Shown: piece after piece, positions 41,192-51,037 of the stretch
Layout of the letters: the number at the start of each line of letters is the position of its first letter
How positions within the stretch are numbered: the stretch's first letter is position 1
Origin: an uncultured Eubacteriales bacterium
GTDB taxonomy: Bacteria; Bacillota; Clostridia; Oscillospirales; Acutalibacteraceae
DNA: 64,000 nt
Direction: 5' to 3'
Assembly (NCBI GenBank): GCA_900317815.1
Contig: ONIC01000096.1
Location: 6,012 to 70,011 of the forward strand
Position numbers and translations under genes: made by a program
The notes under the pieces: generated by a model
Database searches by the model: none
The model's input: only the letters and a program-made list of their open reading frames with translations
What the model was told of the DNA's origin: nothing

Positions 41192-42466
41192 ATGAGATCA
41201 TACAAGGAAATGAGCAGGGAAGAGCTTTCCGCAGAGAAGGCTTCTCTTGAAAAGGCTTATGAGAACTACAAGGCTATGGGGCTTTCGCTCAATATGGCAA
41301 GAGGTAAGCCGGGCGCAGAGCAGCTCGATATCTCGATGCCTATGCTCGATGTTCTCGATTCTGCAAGCGACTGCACAGACGAGGGCACAGACTGCCGCAA
41401 CTACGGTATACTCGATGGTATCCCCGGCGTTAAGAAGATGTTCGCGGACGTACTCGGCGTAAGCTGCGACGAGGTATTTGTCGGCGGAAATTCAAGTCTT
41501 AATATGATGTTCGATACGATCACTACATTTATGGTAAAGGGTGTTGCAGGCTGCAAGCCGTGGCTCACACAGGGCCATGTTAAGTTCCTTTGTCCCGTTC
41601 CCGGTTACGACCGTCACTTCGGTATCACCGAGTATTACGGTATCGAAATGATAAATATTCCGACAGATGAGAACGGCCCTGATATGGATCTTGTCGAGAA
41701 GCTCGTTTCCGAGGACGAGTCTGTAAAGGGTATCTGGTGTGTTCCGAAGTACTCGAACCCAACGGGTATCACATATTCCGATGAAACGGTACGCCGCTTT
41801 GCAGCTCTTAAACCGAAGGCAAAGGACTTCCGCATCATCTGGGACAATGCTTACGTTATTCATGATGTGACCGATACTCCCGACAGCCTGCTCTCCATCA
41901 TGGACGAGTGCAAAAAGACGGGCAACGAGGATCTTCCGATCATTTTCGCTTCGACATCAAAGATCACATTCCCGGGTGCAGGCGTTGCAGTAATGGCATG
42001 TTCCAAGAACAACATGGACGTTATCAAGGCTCGCTATACAAGACAGACTATCGGCTACGACAAGCTCAATATGCTCCGTCACCAGCGTTACCTCAAGGAC
42101 AGCGCAGGTCTTGTCGAATACATGAACAAGCACAAGGCTGTTATCGCGCCTAAGTTCAAGTGTGTGCTCGATGCTCTTAACAGCGAGGTCAAGGAGACAG
42201 GCTGCGCAGAATGGACAGAGCCGAACGGCGGTTACTTCATCAGTGTCAATGTTCTCGAGGGAACTGCAAAAGAGGTAGTAAGACTTTGCAAGGAGGCAGG
42301 CGTTGTGCTCACAGGCGCAGGTGCTACTTTCCCCTACGGCAAGGATCCCAAGGACTCCAACATCAGGATCGCTCCGACATACCCGAGCGTTGAAGAGCTT
42401 GCAAAAGCAGCGGATATCTTCTGCATCTGCACAAAGCTTGCAGCTGTAAACAAGCTCCTCGCATAA
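41192..42466 (+). CDS. PLP-dependent aminotransferase (aspartate-aminotransferase-like fold type I)
   Basis: 424 aa. STSKITFPGAG segment with the expected PLP lysine. NMARGKPG N-terminal motif of a clostridial aminotransferase family. Confidence 0.85.
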   Translation: MRSYKEMSREELSAEKASLEKAYENYKAMGLSLNMARGKPGAEQLDISMPMLDVLDSASDCTDEGTDCRNYGILDGIPGVKKMFADVLGVSCDEVFVGGNSSLNMMFDTITTFMVKGVAGCKPWLTQGHVKFLCPVPGYDRHFGITEYYGIEMINIPTDENGPDMDLVEKLVSEDESVKGIWCVPKYSNPTGITYSDETVRRFAALKPKAKDFRIIWDNAYVIHDVTDTPDSLLSIMDECKKTGNEDLPIIFASTSKITFPGAGVAVMACSKNNMDVIKARYTRQTIGYDKLNMLRHQRYLKDSAGLVEYMNKHKAVIAPKFKCVLDALNSEVKETGCAEWTEPNGGYFISVNVLEGTAKEVVRLCKEAGVVLTGAGATFPYGKDPKDSNIRIAPTYPSVEELAKAADIFCICTKLAAVNKLLA

Positions 42467-42486
42467 TGATATAAATATAAAAATTG

Positions 42487-42528
42487 TCCGCCCTACGGAA
42501 AAGCAACAGCTCCGTGGGGCGGATTTTT
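42487..42528. terminator. Bidirectional terminator between the aminotransferase (+) and rnz (-)
   Basis: TCCGCCCTACGGA / TCCGTGGGGCGGA 13-bp stem (one G-U pair). T-run downstream and A/T-rich sequence upstream. Confidence 0.8.
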
Positions 42529-43432
42529 ATGTGTATCTGAGTTCAATTTTTTCAAGATCGTTTGGTATCAGTGAATTATCAAATTTTGCTTTGATATAAT
42601 CCGAATATGACTGAGGATCATCGAGCGCAGGACTGAAATGCGTCAGCCACAGCTTTTTTGCGTTCGCATCGTGCGCTGTTTTTGCAGCTTCAAAGAATAT
42701 CATGTGTTTCTTTTCGATCGCCATTTTCAGCTTGTCTTCTTCTGCGTACATCCCTTCGCAGATCAACAGGTCGGAATCCATGGCAAGCTCGGTCAGGCGG
42801 GGAAGCGGGCGGGTGTCGGTGCAGTAGGTGACCTTGATACCTTTTCTGGGCGCTCCGAGCACCATTTCGGGTGTGATCGTTCTTCCGCCTGCGATGATGC
42901 TCGTACCGTTCTGGAGGAGCTTCCAATCCTTGACAATAACGCCGAGCGTCCTTGCTTTTTCTGCGTCAAATCGTCCCTTGCGGCTGAGTGTGAAGGAGTA
43001 TGCATAGCACAAAACACTGTGCTCCGCCTCAACTGCGTCTATAATAAGTCCGTACAGTTCGAAGCGCTCTTTCATCTCTGTGAGCTCTTTTATCTCCAGT
43101 TCAAAAGGCATCGCGGGCGCGGTTATGCACAGGCAGCGTATGATCTCGGTGCCGCCCTTCGGGGCGACGATCGTGACTTTTTCTCTGCGCTCTGATTTTG
43201 CCATTGACAGAAGCAGCCCCGACAGTCCGGTTACGTGATCCGCATGAAAGTGGGTAATGAGTATCACGTCGATATCATGCATACTGAATCCCGACTTCCT
43301 GATCTGTACCTGAGTACCTTCACCGCAGTCAACAAGAAAGGTGTGGCCGTTGTATCTTAGCAAAAGCGAGGTCAGCGCCCTGCCGGGCAGCGGCATTGTG
43401 CCTCCCGTTCCGAGCAGACAAACATCTATCAT
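42527..43432 (-). CDS. rnz: Ribonuclease Z
   Basis: ATG at 43432 follows AAAGGAGGG. Metallo-beta-lactamase motif HFHADH and an RNase Z-type N-terminus (LGTGGTMP). Confidence 0.9.
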   Translation of the reverse strand: MIDVCLLGTGGTMPLPGRALTSLLLRYNGHTFLVDCGEGTQVQIRKSGFSMHDIDVILITHFHADHVTGLSGLLLSMAKSERREKVTIVAPKGGTEIIRCLCITAPAMPFELEIKELTEMKERFELYGLIIDAVEAEHSVLCYAYSFTLSRKGRFDAEKARTLGVIVKDWKLLQNGTSIIAGGRTITPEMVLGAPRKGIKVTYCTDTRPLPRLTELAMDSDLLICEGMYAEEDKLKMAIEKKHMIFFEAAKTAHDANAKKLWLTHFSPALDDPQSYSDYIKAKFDNSLIPNDLEKIELRYT

Positions 43433-43471
43433 ATTCCGCCCTCCTTTCATACGAGACATTTCGTTACGTCG

Positions 43472-43500
43472 ATTATAACAAATTTCCCCCAAAAAAGCAA
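43472..43500 (-). promoter_or_regulatory. Promoter for rnz
   Basis: On the minus strand: TTGCTT, 17-nt spacer, TATAAT. Confidence 0.5.
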
Positions 43501-43639
43501 CACCGCACGCCCACGCGGACAAGCGTCCGCAGGCAATTTCGCTGTCAGTTATTGCGGATCGATACTTTTGTTCCGCGAGAGCGGCTACCCACTAAAATTA
43601 TACACTTACGCCCACGCGGGCGCATACATTATGCGATGA

Positions 43640-44237
43640 CGGTCTATCTGAAGCCTGACTTTTCTCTCTCTTGTTATTTATTTATATATGCGTTTATCAC
43701 GCATCCACGCATTTTCCTTGAATTTGTTGCATATAATGCATTGTTTTGGAGGGAAATATGTGGTTATAATTCTTACATATACTATAACTTAAAATAAAAT
43801 ATACCTATGTATGAATATATATATTGAGAAATTTAACTGATAATAAGATGAAAATCATAGCATATTTACTTTAACGCAGTTTTCATTTAAAGTGTATATA
43901 AAACACAAAAATTGAGTGATTAAATGCGTATATATACAATACAAATCACAAATGCAATAAAAAATAATATTAAAAAATAATAGTTCGATATACTAATATT
44001 ATTTGTATAATTTGCAATTCGGATACACATATATACAGTTATGCCTATCAAATTGTTCAAAAGGAACGAATAATTTCTTTTTTTGTATCAATTTTTCTTG
44101 TATATTACTATTGAACTGTTTAAATATATATATGTTACAATTCAATTGGATATCACTCAATTTGTGTAAAGTGTCTATTATTATGAATGCTTTATGCAAA
44201 AATTAATATACAAGCTAATGTGATCGGGTGAAAATAT
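43640..44237. other. Non-coding gap of about 600 bp, strongly AT-rich, at the left edge of the pilus island
   Basis: Composition visibly shifts to A/T with many TATATA-type runs. The only ORFs are short, lack an RBS and have low complexity. Confidence 0.6.
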
Positions 44238-44516
44238 ATGACTGACAAGGAATTGAAAAGGCTCAGCAGAAGAGAGCTTCTGGAAATGCTTCTTGAGCAG
44301 AGCAGACTTCTCGACAGCCGTCAGGCAGAGATCGACAGACTGAAAGCAGAGCTTGAAAATAAGAATATCCTGCTCGAAAACTCAGGTTCCATCGCCGAAG
44401 CGGCGCTGAAGATCTCGGGCGTTTTTGAGGCGGCTCAGAGGGCGGCTGATATCTATCTTGAAAGCGTAAAGCAAACGCGAGAAAGTGAGAGTCACGTCGA
44501 TGAAGACACCGAATGA
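44238..44516 (+). CDS. Small coiled-coil protein of unknown function, first gene of the pilus operon
   Basis: 92 aa with a heptad-like charged sequence (LKRLSRRELLEMLLEQSRLLDSRQAEIDRLKAELENK). Overlaps the next gene. Confidence 0.6.
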   Translation: MTDKELKRLSRRELLEMLLEQSRLLDSRQAEIDRLKAELENKNILLENSGSIAEAALKISGVFEAAQRAADIYLESVKQTRESESHVDEDTE

Positions 44517-45099
44517 AACAAACGCCAACACACTTCCCACTACGCAGCAGCTCGAGCGGGAACTGTATCGTGTAAGATTTAACAGCCGATATTTTCAGAT
44601 ACTCAGAAGCACGCTGTATGCTTTGATAATCACGGCGGCAGTCAGCGTTCTTGTTGCAAGTCTCCTGCTTCCTGTGCTTCAGATCTACGGCGAGTCGATG
44701 CGCCCGACACTTAACGAAGGCGACATTGTAGTATCTATAAAGAAAAAAGAGTATCAAACGGGAGAGATAGTCGGGCTTTATTACTCAAACAGAGTCCTTG
44801 TAAAACGTATCATTGCAGGAGAATTTGATACAGTGGACATTGACGAGGAAGGTTCTGTGTTTATAAACGGGAACAAACTCGACGAGCCGTATCTTTCGAA
44901 TCCTTCTTTTGGTGAGAACAACGATATAAAATATCCGTATCAGGTCCCCGAAGATACTTATTTTGTAATGGGTGACAACAGGGAAGTCAGCGTAGACAGC
45001 CGCAGCTCGTCTGTAGGATGTATCTCAACGGGCGATATTGTCGGAGAAATAGTATTTGTAGTGTGGCCGCTCTCGAATTTCGGTTCGGCGTCACGATAA
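44500..45099 (+). CDS. Signal peptidase I (S26 family), pilus-locus associated
   Basis: Catalytic Ser box (GESMRPTL), Lys box (VKRIIAGE) and GDNREVSVDSR. N-terminal TM segment. Start is ATG 44500 or GTG 44485. Confidence 0.85.
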   Translation: MKTPNETNANTLPTTQQLERELYRVRFNSRYFQILRSTLYALIITAAVSVLVASLLLPVLQIYGESMRPTLNEGDIVVSIKKKEYQTGEIVGLYYSNRVLVKRIIAGEFDTVDIDEEGSVFINGNKLDEPYLSNPSFGENNDIKYPYQVPEDTYFVMGDNREVSVDSRSSSVGCISTGDIVGEIVFVVWPLSNFGSASR

Positions 45100-45115
45100 C
45101 AATAGGGTAGGTCAG

Positions 45116-48100
45116 ATGATGAAAAACAACGATCCAAACAACATAGCTGCCGTATCTGTAATGCAGCACAAAAAGCGAATAGTCCGACTGCGTATCCTTA
45201 GCGTTCTGATGTGTATCACTGCGTTTATTACGACTTATGCGATGATACTGCCTGCTATAACGGCTTCCGCAGAGTATTCGAGCGACCTTTCCGAATTCGT
45301 GGATTCCGTGTCGATCAGAGACAGCGACGGAAATATCATTGAGCCCGGAGGTCTGGTCTATATCGGAGACGATTACACAATAGATATCAGTTTTTCCGAG
45401 AAGGGTAGCATAGATAACAACAAGCAGTTTCAATACAATGAAAACGGCTATATGACATACCAGATCCCGCGAGCATTTGCAACTTCTCCCGTGACAAACG
45501 GCGTCCTTACCAATGACAGCGGAGACAATGTCGGAACATACACTATTGATTCATCGGGGCTGATGTCTGTTTGTTTCGAAGAAGGGTTTATAGAAGGCAC
45601 AAACAAGGCTTCTCTCAATGTGCAGCTGAGCGCAAAGGTAAGCGAGAATCAAACCACCGGAGTGCAGACTATCGACTTTGGAGATTATACCGTTGAAATC
45701 ATGCTTTCGGCAGACGGTACGCTTGATGTCAAAAAAGAAGCAAGTCATTACGATCTGTCCACACACACAGTAGATTATGAAGTCACTGTCAAGGCAAAGC
45801 ACGGCAGTATCAGCGGTATAAGCTATCAGGATACATGCGCGCCGGATATGACGCTCGTTGCGGGATCGGTAAAATACTACAGCCTTGACGGACAGACTCA
45901 GTATAACGATTGTCCCACATCATTGCAGTCCAATGAGGGATTTATCATTAAATATTCGATGAAGATCGACGACAGTGTTTTTGAGAATAAGAGCAAACTT
46001 GTCTTTAACGCCGATAATACAATTGATGTATCAGGTACTAACGGCGAGGGAACCCCCGTGACTGTGTCAGACGATGCGACACAGAAGGTCACTTCCGAAT
46101 TTCTTACAAAAACGGGACATCTTGATACGGAAAGCAGTACACTGAGGATCAGATGGACTGTTACGGTAGGCGACGGCTACACACCTGTAGACGGACTTGT
46201 GGTGAAGGATATTCTCGGTGAGGGTCTGTCGTTCGATACATCCGAGAGGATCAGGATCACGCCGTATCGTTACAATCCCGAGACAGATAAGCTTGAAAGC
46301 GATACATCTCGGTATCTGTCTTTCCCGCTGAGCGGCCCCGATCAGAATGATGTTGTTATCCCTTCCGATCTCAACGCTACAAGATGTACGATCACATATT
46401 ATACGATATACAGCATTGAAGACGGTCAGGAGAAAAGATTTACCAACACGGTAACGACGACCGACGATACTCGCGGTACCGTTGAAGAAACGGGATCGAT
46501 CAAGGTAGACAATACAGGTCAGCCGCCGGATAATATCGAAAAAAGCGTTGAGCTTTCCGAGGACGGTCAGTCTTTGCACTATACAGTCGGCGTAGATGTT
46601 TACAAAAGCTGGTACGGCAAAACGAACGTTTATTTTGAGGACAGCTTTACGAAGGTTAATGTTGACAATGTGGAATACTTCTTCGGCTGGGGAGCAGAGA
46701 ATTTTGCGGTCAAGGTCACATACGAAGACGGTACCGAAAAGCAATATGCTCTCTCAGGTGAAGCTCAGGAGGACGGTACTTTCCATCCGCTTCGTTCAAG
46801 CAGCGACCCGAGAGTAAACAGAGTTCTTTTTAACTATCCCAGAACCTCGCTGAGCAACTCTGTATGGAAAGAAAACGAGAATGTCCGCCTGACGGTCGAA
46901 TACGATCTGCCGCTCAGCACACCCTTGTATACAAGAGACAGCAGCAAAGTTTATTCCGTAACAGAAAAGACAGTCAGGGACATTCTTGATGTGGCATTCC
47001 CGATAGACAACACAGCGCTGTTCTATTACAGTGAAAAAATGCACATAGATGATACGGCGCAGTATGTGGAACAGCCCGACGTGCCTTTGAAGAAGCACGG
47101 AGAGGAGCAGAGCAACGGTACAATAGACTATACCGTTACCTTCGATAACAATGTTCCTGAAACAAGTCTGCTCGCAAACAACGGTACGACCTACAAGTTT
47201 ACCGACGAGCTGAAATCAGCCGCAATGTCATACAAAGACGGCACGCTGCGCTGCATCACATACGATTCTGATGGAGCTGTGTACGCCGAGTACAGGTTCA
47301 ACGGCTCATTCGCAGATTATAAAAAGACGCCGATCGCAGAGGGCTCAGCAGATCGGATCGAAATACCGTTTTCCGAATTTAAATGGTATTCGGGACGTCA
47401 TACCTACAGCAATCTTCAGGGATTCAGTGAAGCTGATACGAGACAGGAAGATACGAGCAGAATAGTCTTTTACTATACTGTAGATGTAGACAAACAGTCC
47501 GAGATATTCCGGTCCAAAGAACAGTATATAGAATTGAAGAATCAGGCTGAGATCACGGGTGAAAAAGGCGGCGGTGAGCCGTACAGCGCAGGACCTGCCG
47601 AAAGTATCGTGCAGTTCCCGAACAAAATACTTGACAAGACAGTCGAACAGCTTGAAAACAGCAACAGGGCAAGATTTACTATCACGCTCAACCCTTCGGG
47701 CGCAGATCTTGTTGATAATTCAGACGAGTTTATTATCGTCGATAGGATGTCAGATAATCTGACGCTTGTACTGAGTACCGTAACCGCCAGTAAAAAAGAA
47801 GGTTCGGAGTTTGTTCCTATCACAGATTTACATTACACGTATGATAAGGACAACAACATCGTCAGATTTAGGCTTCCCGACCAAAAGTCGATAATCATTG
47901 AATACGAAACGCTTATAAATGCTCCGCTCAACAGTACGGCCCATGTCGTCAACTCGGTAGAGCTTGAGGGCCTGAGCGGATTTACTGGCATTACAGATGA
48001 GACATTTACTGTCCAGAACACGGGAGGCACAGCAGATGGCAATAAATTTGTTCTTCCGATCCTCAAGCAGGATTCACTGACGCACGAACCTCTCGAAAAT

Positions 48101-48577
48101 GCAGAGTTTGCTCTGTATGGTCCTACCGAGGAGCTGTCTAAAACACCGCCCGAGGGTGTTGCTGCGACCGTATCGACCCACGGACAGACCCTGAAATACT
48201 ACGGTTCGTTTACATCGGATCAGAACGGATATATAGAAATAGAGAAGGAGAACAACAAGGCGCTCTTCCTTAAAGGCGGGCTTTATGCTCTTGTTGAAAC
48301 AAAAGCACCGACGGGGTATATCCTGAATGATGAAACGATGTTCTTCTATGTACATGAAAAACCCGACAATGCTATTGACGAGATACCCGTATTTCAATCG
48401 CAGTATCCCGTTGTTATAACCAATGTGCTTCAAGGCTTCGATCTGCCTTCCACGGGCAGCTTCGGCGAGCTTGCATTCACAGTTGCAGGTATTACGGCTA
48501 TGAGCACAGCTGTGCTTCTTGGAGTAATACTTTGGCGCAAAAAGATGCGAAAGGGGGGCCCCGATCGCAAGTCATAA
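45116..48577 (+). CDS. Large LPXTG-anchored surface protein, probable pilus tip adhesin
   Basis: 1153 aa. Signal peptide and repeated Ig-like (Cna-B/SpaA-type) segments. E-box-like YALVETKAPTGY. C-terminal LPSTG, hydrophobic segment and RKKMRK tail. Confidence 0.85.
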   Translation: MMKNNDPNNIAAVSVMQHKKRIVRLRILSVLMCITAFITTYAMILPAITASAEYSSDLSEFVDSVSIRDSDGNIIEPGGLVYIGDDYTIDISFSEKGSIDNNKQFQYNENGYMTYQIPRAFATSPVTNGVLTNDSGDNVGTYTIDSSGLMSVCFEEGFIEGTNKASLNVQLSAKVSENQTTGVQTIDFGDYTVEIMLSADGTLDVKKEASHYDLSTHTVDYEVTVKAKHGSISGISYQDTCAPDMTLVAGSVKYYSLDGQTQYNDCPTSLQSNEGFIIKYSMKIDDSVFENKSKLVFNADNTIDVSGTNGEGTPVTVSDDATQKVTSEFLTKTGHLDTESSTLRIRWTVTVGDGYTPVDGLVVKDILGEGLSFDTSERIRITPYRYNPETDKLESDTSRYLSFPLSGPDQNDVVIPSDLNATRCTITYYTIYSIEDGQEKRFTNTVTTTDDTRGTVEETGSIKVDNTGQPPDNIEKSVELSEDGQSLHYTVGVDVYKSWYGKTNVYFEDSFTKVNVDNVEYFFGWGAENFAVKVTYEDGTEKQYALSGEAQEDGTFHPLRSSSDPRVNRVLFNYPRTSLSNSVWKENENVRLTVEYDLPLSTPLYTRDSSKVYSVTEKTVRDILDVAFPIDNTALFYYSEKMHIDDTAQYVEQPDVPLKKHGEEQSNGTIDYTVTFDNNVPETSLLANNGTTYKFTDELKSAAMSYKDGTLRCITYDSDGAVYAEYRFNGSFADYKKTPIAEGSADRIEIPFSEFKWYSGRHTYSNLQGFSEADTRQEDTSRIVFYYTVDVDKQSEIFRSKEQYIELKNQAEITGEKGGGEPYSAGPAESIVQFPNKILDKTVEQLENSNRARFTITLNPSGADLVDNSDEFIIVDRMSDNLTLVLSTVTASKKEGSEFVPITDLHYTYDKDNNIVRFRLPDQKSIIIEYETLINAPLNSTAHVVNSVELEGLSGFTGITDETFTVQNTGGTADGNKFVLPILKQDSLTHEPLENAEFALYGPTEELSKTPPEGVAATVSTHGQTLKYYGSFTSDQNGYIEIEKENNKALFLKGGLYALVETKAPTGYILNDETMFFYVHEKPDNAIDEIPVFQSQYPVVITNVLQGFDLPSTGSFGELAFTVAGITAMSTAVLLGVILWRKKMRKGGPDRKS

Positions 48578-48668
48578 ATATTCTGTCCGTTTTTATGAAC
48601 AGAAATCTGCTGTGCGGGGGCACACAGCAGGGCAAATCCGATATTAATTACCGAAAGGAAGATCACTA

Positions 48669-50090
48669 ATGAAAAAAACTCTTTCCATACTCCTCGCGAT
48701 CGTAATGCTTTTCGCACTTTGTGTTACCGCATACGCTGAGAACGATGACGGATCAATCACCATCGACAATGCTGTAACCGGCGAGAAGTACAACGCTTAC
48801 AAGATCTTTGATCTTACTTACGACGACGACAATGTTACCTACACATATACGACAACAGGCGGCTCCGATGCTTTCCTCACAGCTCTCTCGGGCACAGCGT
48901 CCCCGTTTAATGCTGTTAAGGTCGGCACTACGGATGTTTACAGCATCACTAAGAAAACAGGCGTTACAGATGAGAGTGTTATAAGCTGGCTCAAGTCTCA
49001 CATCACAGACGTTGCCGCTTCGAACAAGCTTGCAGAGAAGACAGGCGCAAACAATGAAGCAAAGTGGGAAAATGTTGAGTACGGTTACTACTATGTAACA
49101 AGCTCCCTCGGTTCCGCTGTAACTGTAAACAGCGCAAAGAAGGACGTTACGATCAAGGACAAGAACTCGCCCGTTTCTGTTACAAAAAAGCAGAGCACAA
49201 CAAACGGCTCCAATTACACAACAGATGAGGTCTCCGCATCTATCGGCGATGAGGTATTCTACGAAGTAACTATCGTTGACGGCGAGGGTACAAATCTTGA
49301 GGTAACATTCACCGATACAATGACAGACGGTCTTACAAACCTCAAAAACTATGTACTTTACAAGAATTCCGTTGACAATGCAAATAAGCTTGCTTTGACG
49401 ACTAACTATACAGTAGAGAGTGAAGACGACCACGGCTTTACGCTTAAGATCAACGCAGCAACTCTTACATCTCTGAACAAGGATGAGAAGATTATCGCTC
49501 GTTACTCCGCTCGCGTAAATTCAAACGCTGTGACGAAGGCAAGCGGTAACAACACGAACACAGCTACAATAACATATTCTCATCAGACAACTACAACATC
49601 GGTAAATGTTACAACTTACAAGATCCAGATCGTAAAGGATAACGCAAACGGCAAGGGCGTTCTTGACGGTGCAACCTTCAGACTTTACGATGCACTCACA
49701 GGCGGCAACGAGATCAAGATTGTCAAGGATTCCGCAGGCAAATACCATGTTGACACACAGGCAGCCACAGGCGCTCTTATCGAGGCAGGTACACCTGTTA
49801 TCACAGGTCTCAAGGCAGGAACATACTACCTCGAAGAGGTCGATTCTCCTAAGGGCTTCAATAAGCTCACAGAGAGAAAGCCTGTAACTGTTTCCGCAGA
49901 TAATATCGCAAGAGTAAACAGCTCTGTTTATGTAAACGGCGGCGTTGAGGTGCAGAACTCCGCAGGTTCTTCGCTCCCCACAACGGGCGGCACAGGCACA
50001 ACGCTTCTCATTATCCTCGGTTCGTTCGCAGTTCTCACAACAGGCGTATTCCTTGTAGCCAACAAGCGTATGAAGAAGGAAATGCTCTGA
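48669..50090 (+). CDS. LPXTG backbone (major) pilin
   Basis: 473 aa. Signal peptide. N-terminal ITIDNAVTGEKYNAYKIFDL typical of isopeptide-forming fimbrial subunits. E-box-like YYLEEVDSPKGF. LPTTG sorting signal. Confidence 0.85.
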   Translation: MKKTLSILLAIVMLFALCVTAYAENDDGSITIDNAVTGEKYNAYKIFDLTYDDDNVTYTYTTTGGSDAFLTALSGTASPFNAVKVGTTDVYSITKKTGVTDESVISWLKSHITDVAASNKLAEKTGANNEAKWENVEYGYYYVTSSLGSAVTVNSAKKDVTIKDKNSPVSVTKKQSTTNGSNYTTDEVSASIGDEVFYEVTIVDGEGTNLEVTFTDTMTDGLTNLKNYVLYKNSVDNANKLALTTNYTVESEDDHGFTLKINAATLTSLNKDEKIIARYSARVNSNAVTKASGNNTNTATITYSHQTTTTSVNVTTYKIQIVKDNANGKGVLDGATFRLYDALTGGNEIKIVKDSAGKYHVDTQAATGALIEAGTPVITGLKAGTYYLEEVDSPKGFNKLTERKPVTVSADNIARVNSSVYVNGGVEVQNSAGSSLPTTGGTGTTLLIILGSFAVLTTGVFLVANKRMKKEML

Positions 50091-50191
50091 TCCGTCGGAT
50101 ATTGTTGTGCGGATAAGCTTTAACGATAACTATATTGCGGGAGATGCTCCTGTTTCGGAGTGTCTCCTGCAATAACAGCAGGGAGAAGCCA

Positions 50192-51037
50192 ATGAAGGTT
50201 CTTGGAAAAACTGTAACTCTGATATTACTTACGATTTTTTTCATTGGTTTCTGCGTACTGTTATATCCCGCAGTAAGTCAGTATTGGAACTCGAAGGTGC
50301 AGTCGCGCGTTGTTGTTGATTACACAAACGAAGTCGAGGAAATGGATCCCGAAATGCACGATAAGCTGCTTTCGCAGGCTGTTCATTATAATGAGCAATT
50401 GGCAGAGCTTGACGCGCCTCTCTTTTCGTATAACGAGATCGAAGGTTACGATACTTCGCTTGACCCGAGCGGAAACGGCGTTATGGGAGTTATATCTATA
50501 GATAAACTCAGAGTCGAGCTGCCGATCCGTCACACAACGAGCGATGACGTGCTGAGCAATTCATGCGGTCATCTTGAGGGAACATCGCTCCCTGTAGGAG
50601 GCAGATCCACTCACTGTGTTCTCTCGGCTCACCGGGGACTTCCGAGCGCAGAGTTGTTCACTCACCTTGATAAGATGGAGGTAGGCGATACCTTCACTAT
50701 CACAACTCTCGGTGATGTTCTGACTTATGAGGTGGAAAGCATTGTTGTCGTGCTTCCGAACGATTCCTCGCAGCTTGCCATAGAATACGGTGCCGACCGC
50801 TGTACGCTGCTGACATGTACGCCATACGGTATCAACACGCATCGCCTGCTTGTAAAAGGCGTCCGCATTGATACAGTCGATAAGAAGAAAATGAATATAA
50901 CAGCGGAGGCATACATTGTAGACCGCTTGATAGTTTCCGCGGCTGTTGCTTTACCGATATTGTTTGTTCTTATAGTAATTGTGATATTTAAGCCTGTAAA
51001 GAAAAATACTGAACTCGGAGGTAGAAGAGGATCGTGA
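50192..51037 (+). CDS. Class C (pilin-polymerising) sortase
   Basis: ATG at 50192. N- and C-terminal TM segments. Catalytic His (LSAHRG), TLLTCTP and a downstream Arg (THRLLV). Confidence 0.9.
   Translation: MKVLGKTVTLILLTIFFIGFCVLLYPAVSQYWNSKVQSRVVVDYTNEVEEMDPEMHDKLLSQAVHYNEQLAELDAPLFSYNEIEGYDTSLDPSGNGVMGVISIDKLRVELPIRHTTSDDVLSNSCGHLEGTSLPVGGRSTHCVLSAHRGLPSAELFTHLDKMEVGDTFTITTLGDVLTYEVESIVVVLPNDSSQLAIEYGADRCTLLTCTPYGINTHRLLVKGVRIDTVDKKKMNITAEAYIVDRLIVSAAVALPILFVLIVIVIFKPVKKNTELGGRRGS

Noticed and set aside
43396-43797. 133-aa plus-strand ORF, together with the AT-rich ORFs at 43999-44199 (-) and 44003-44206 (+)
   Set aside because: The first overlaps the rnz start and its promoter. All three lack an RBS and translate to low-complexity, stop-avoiding sequence in intergenic DNA.
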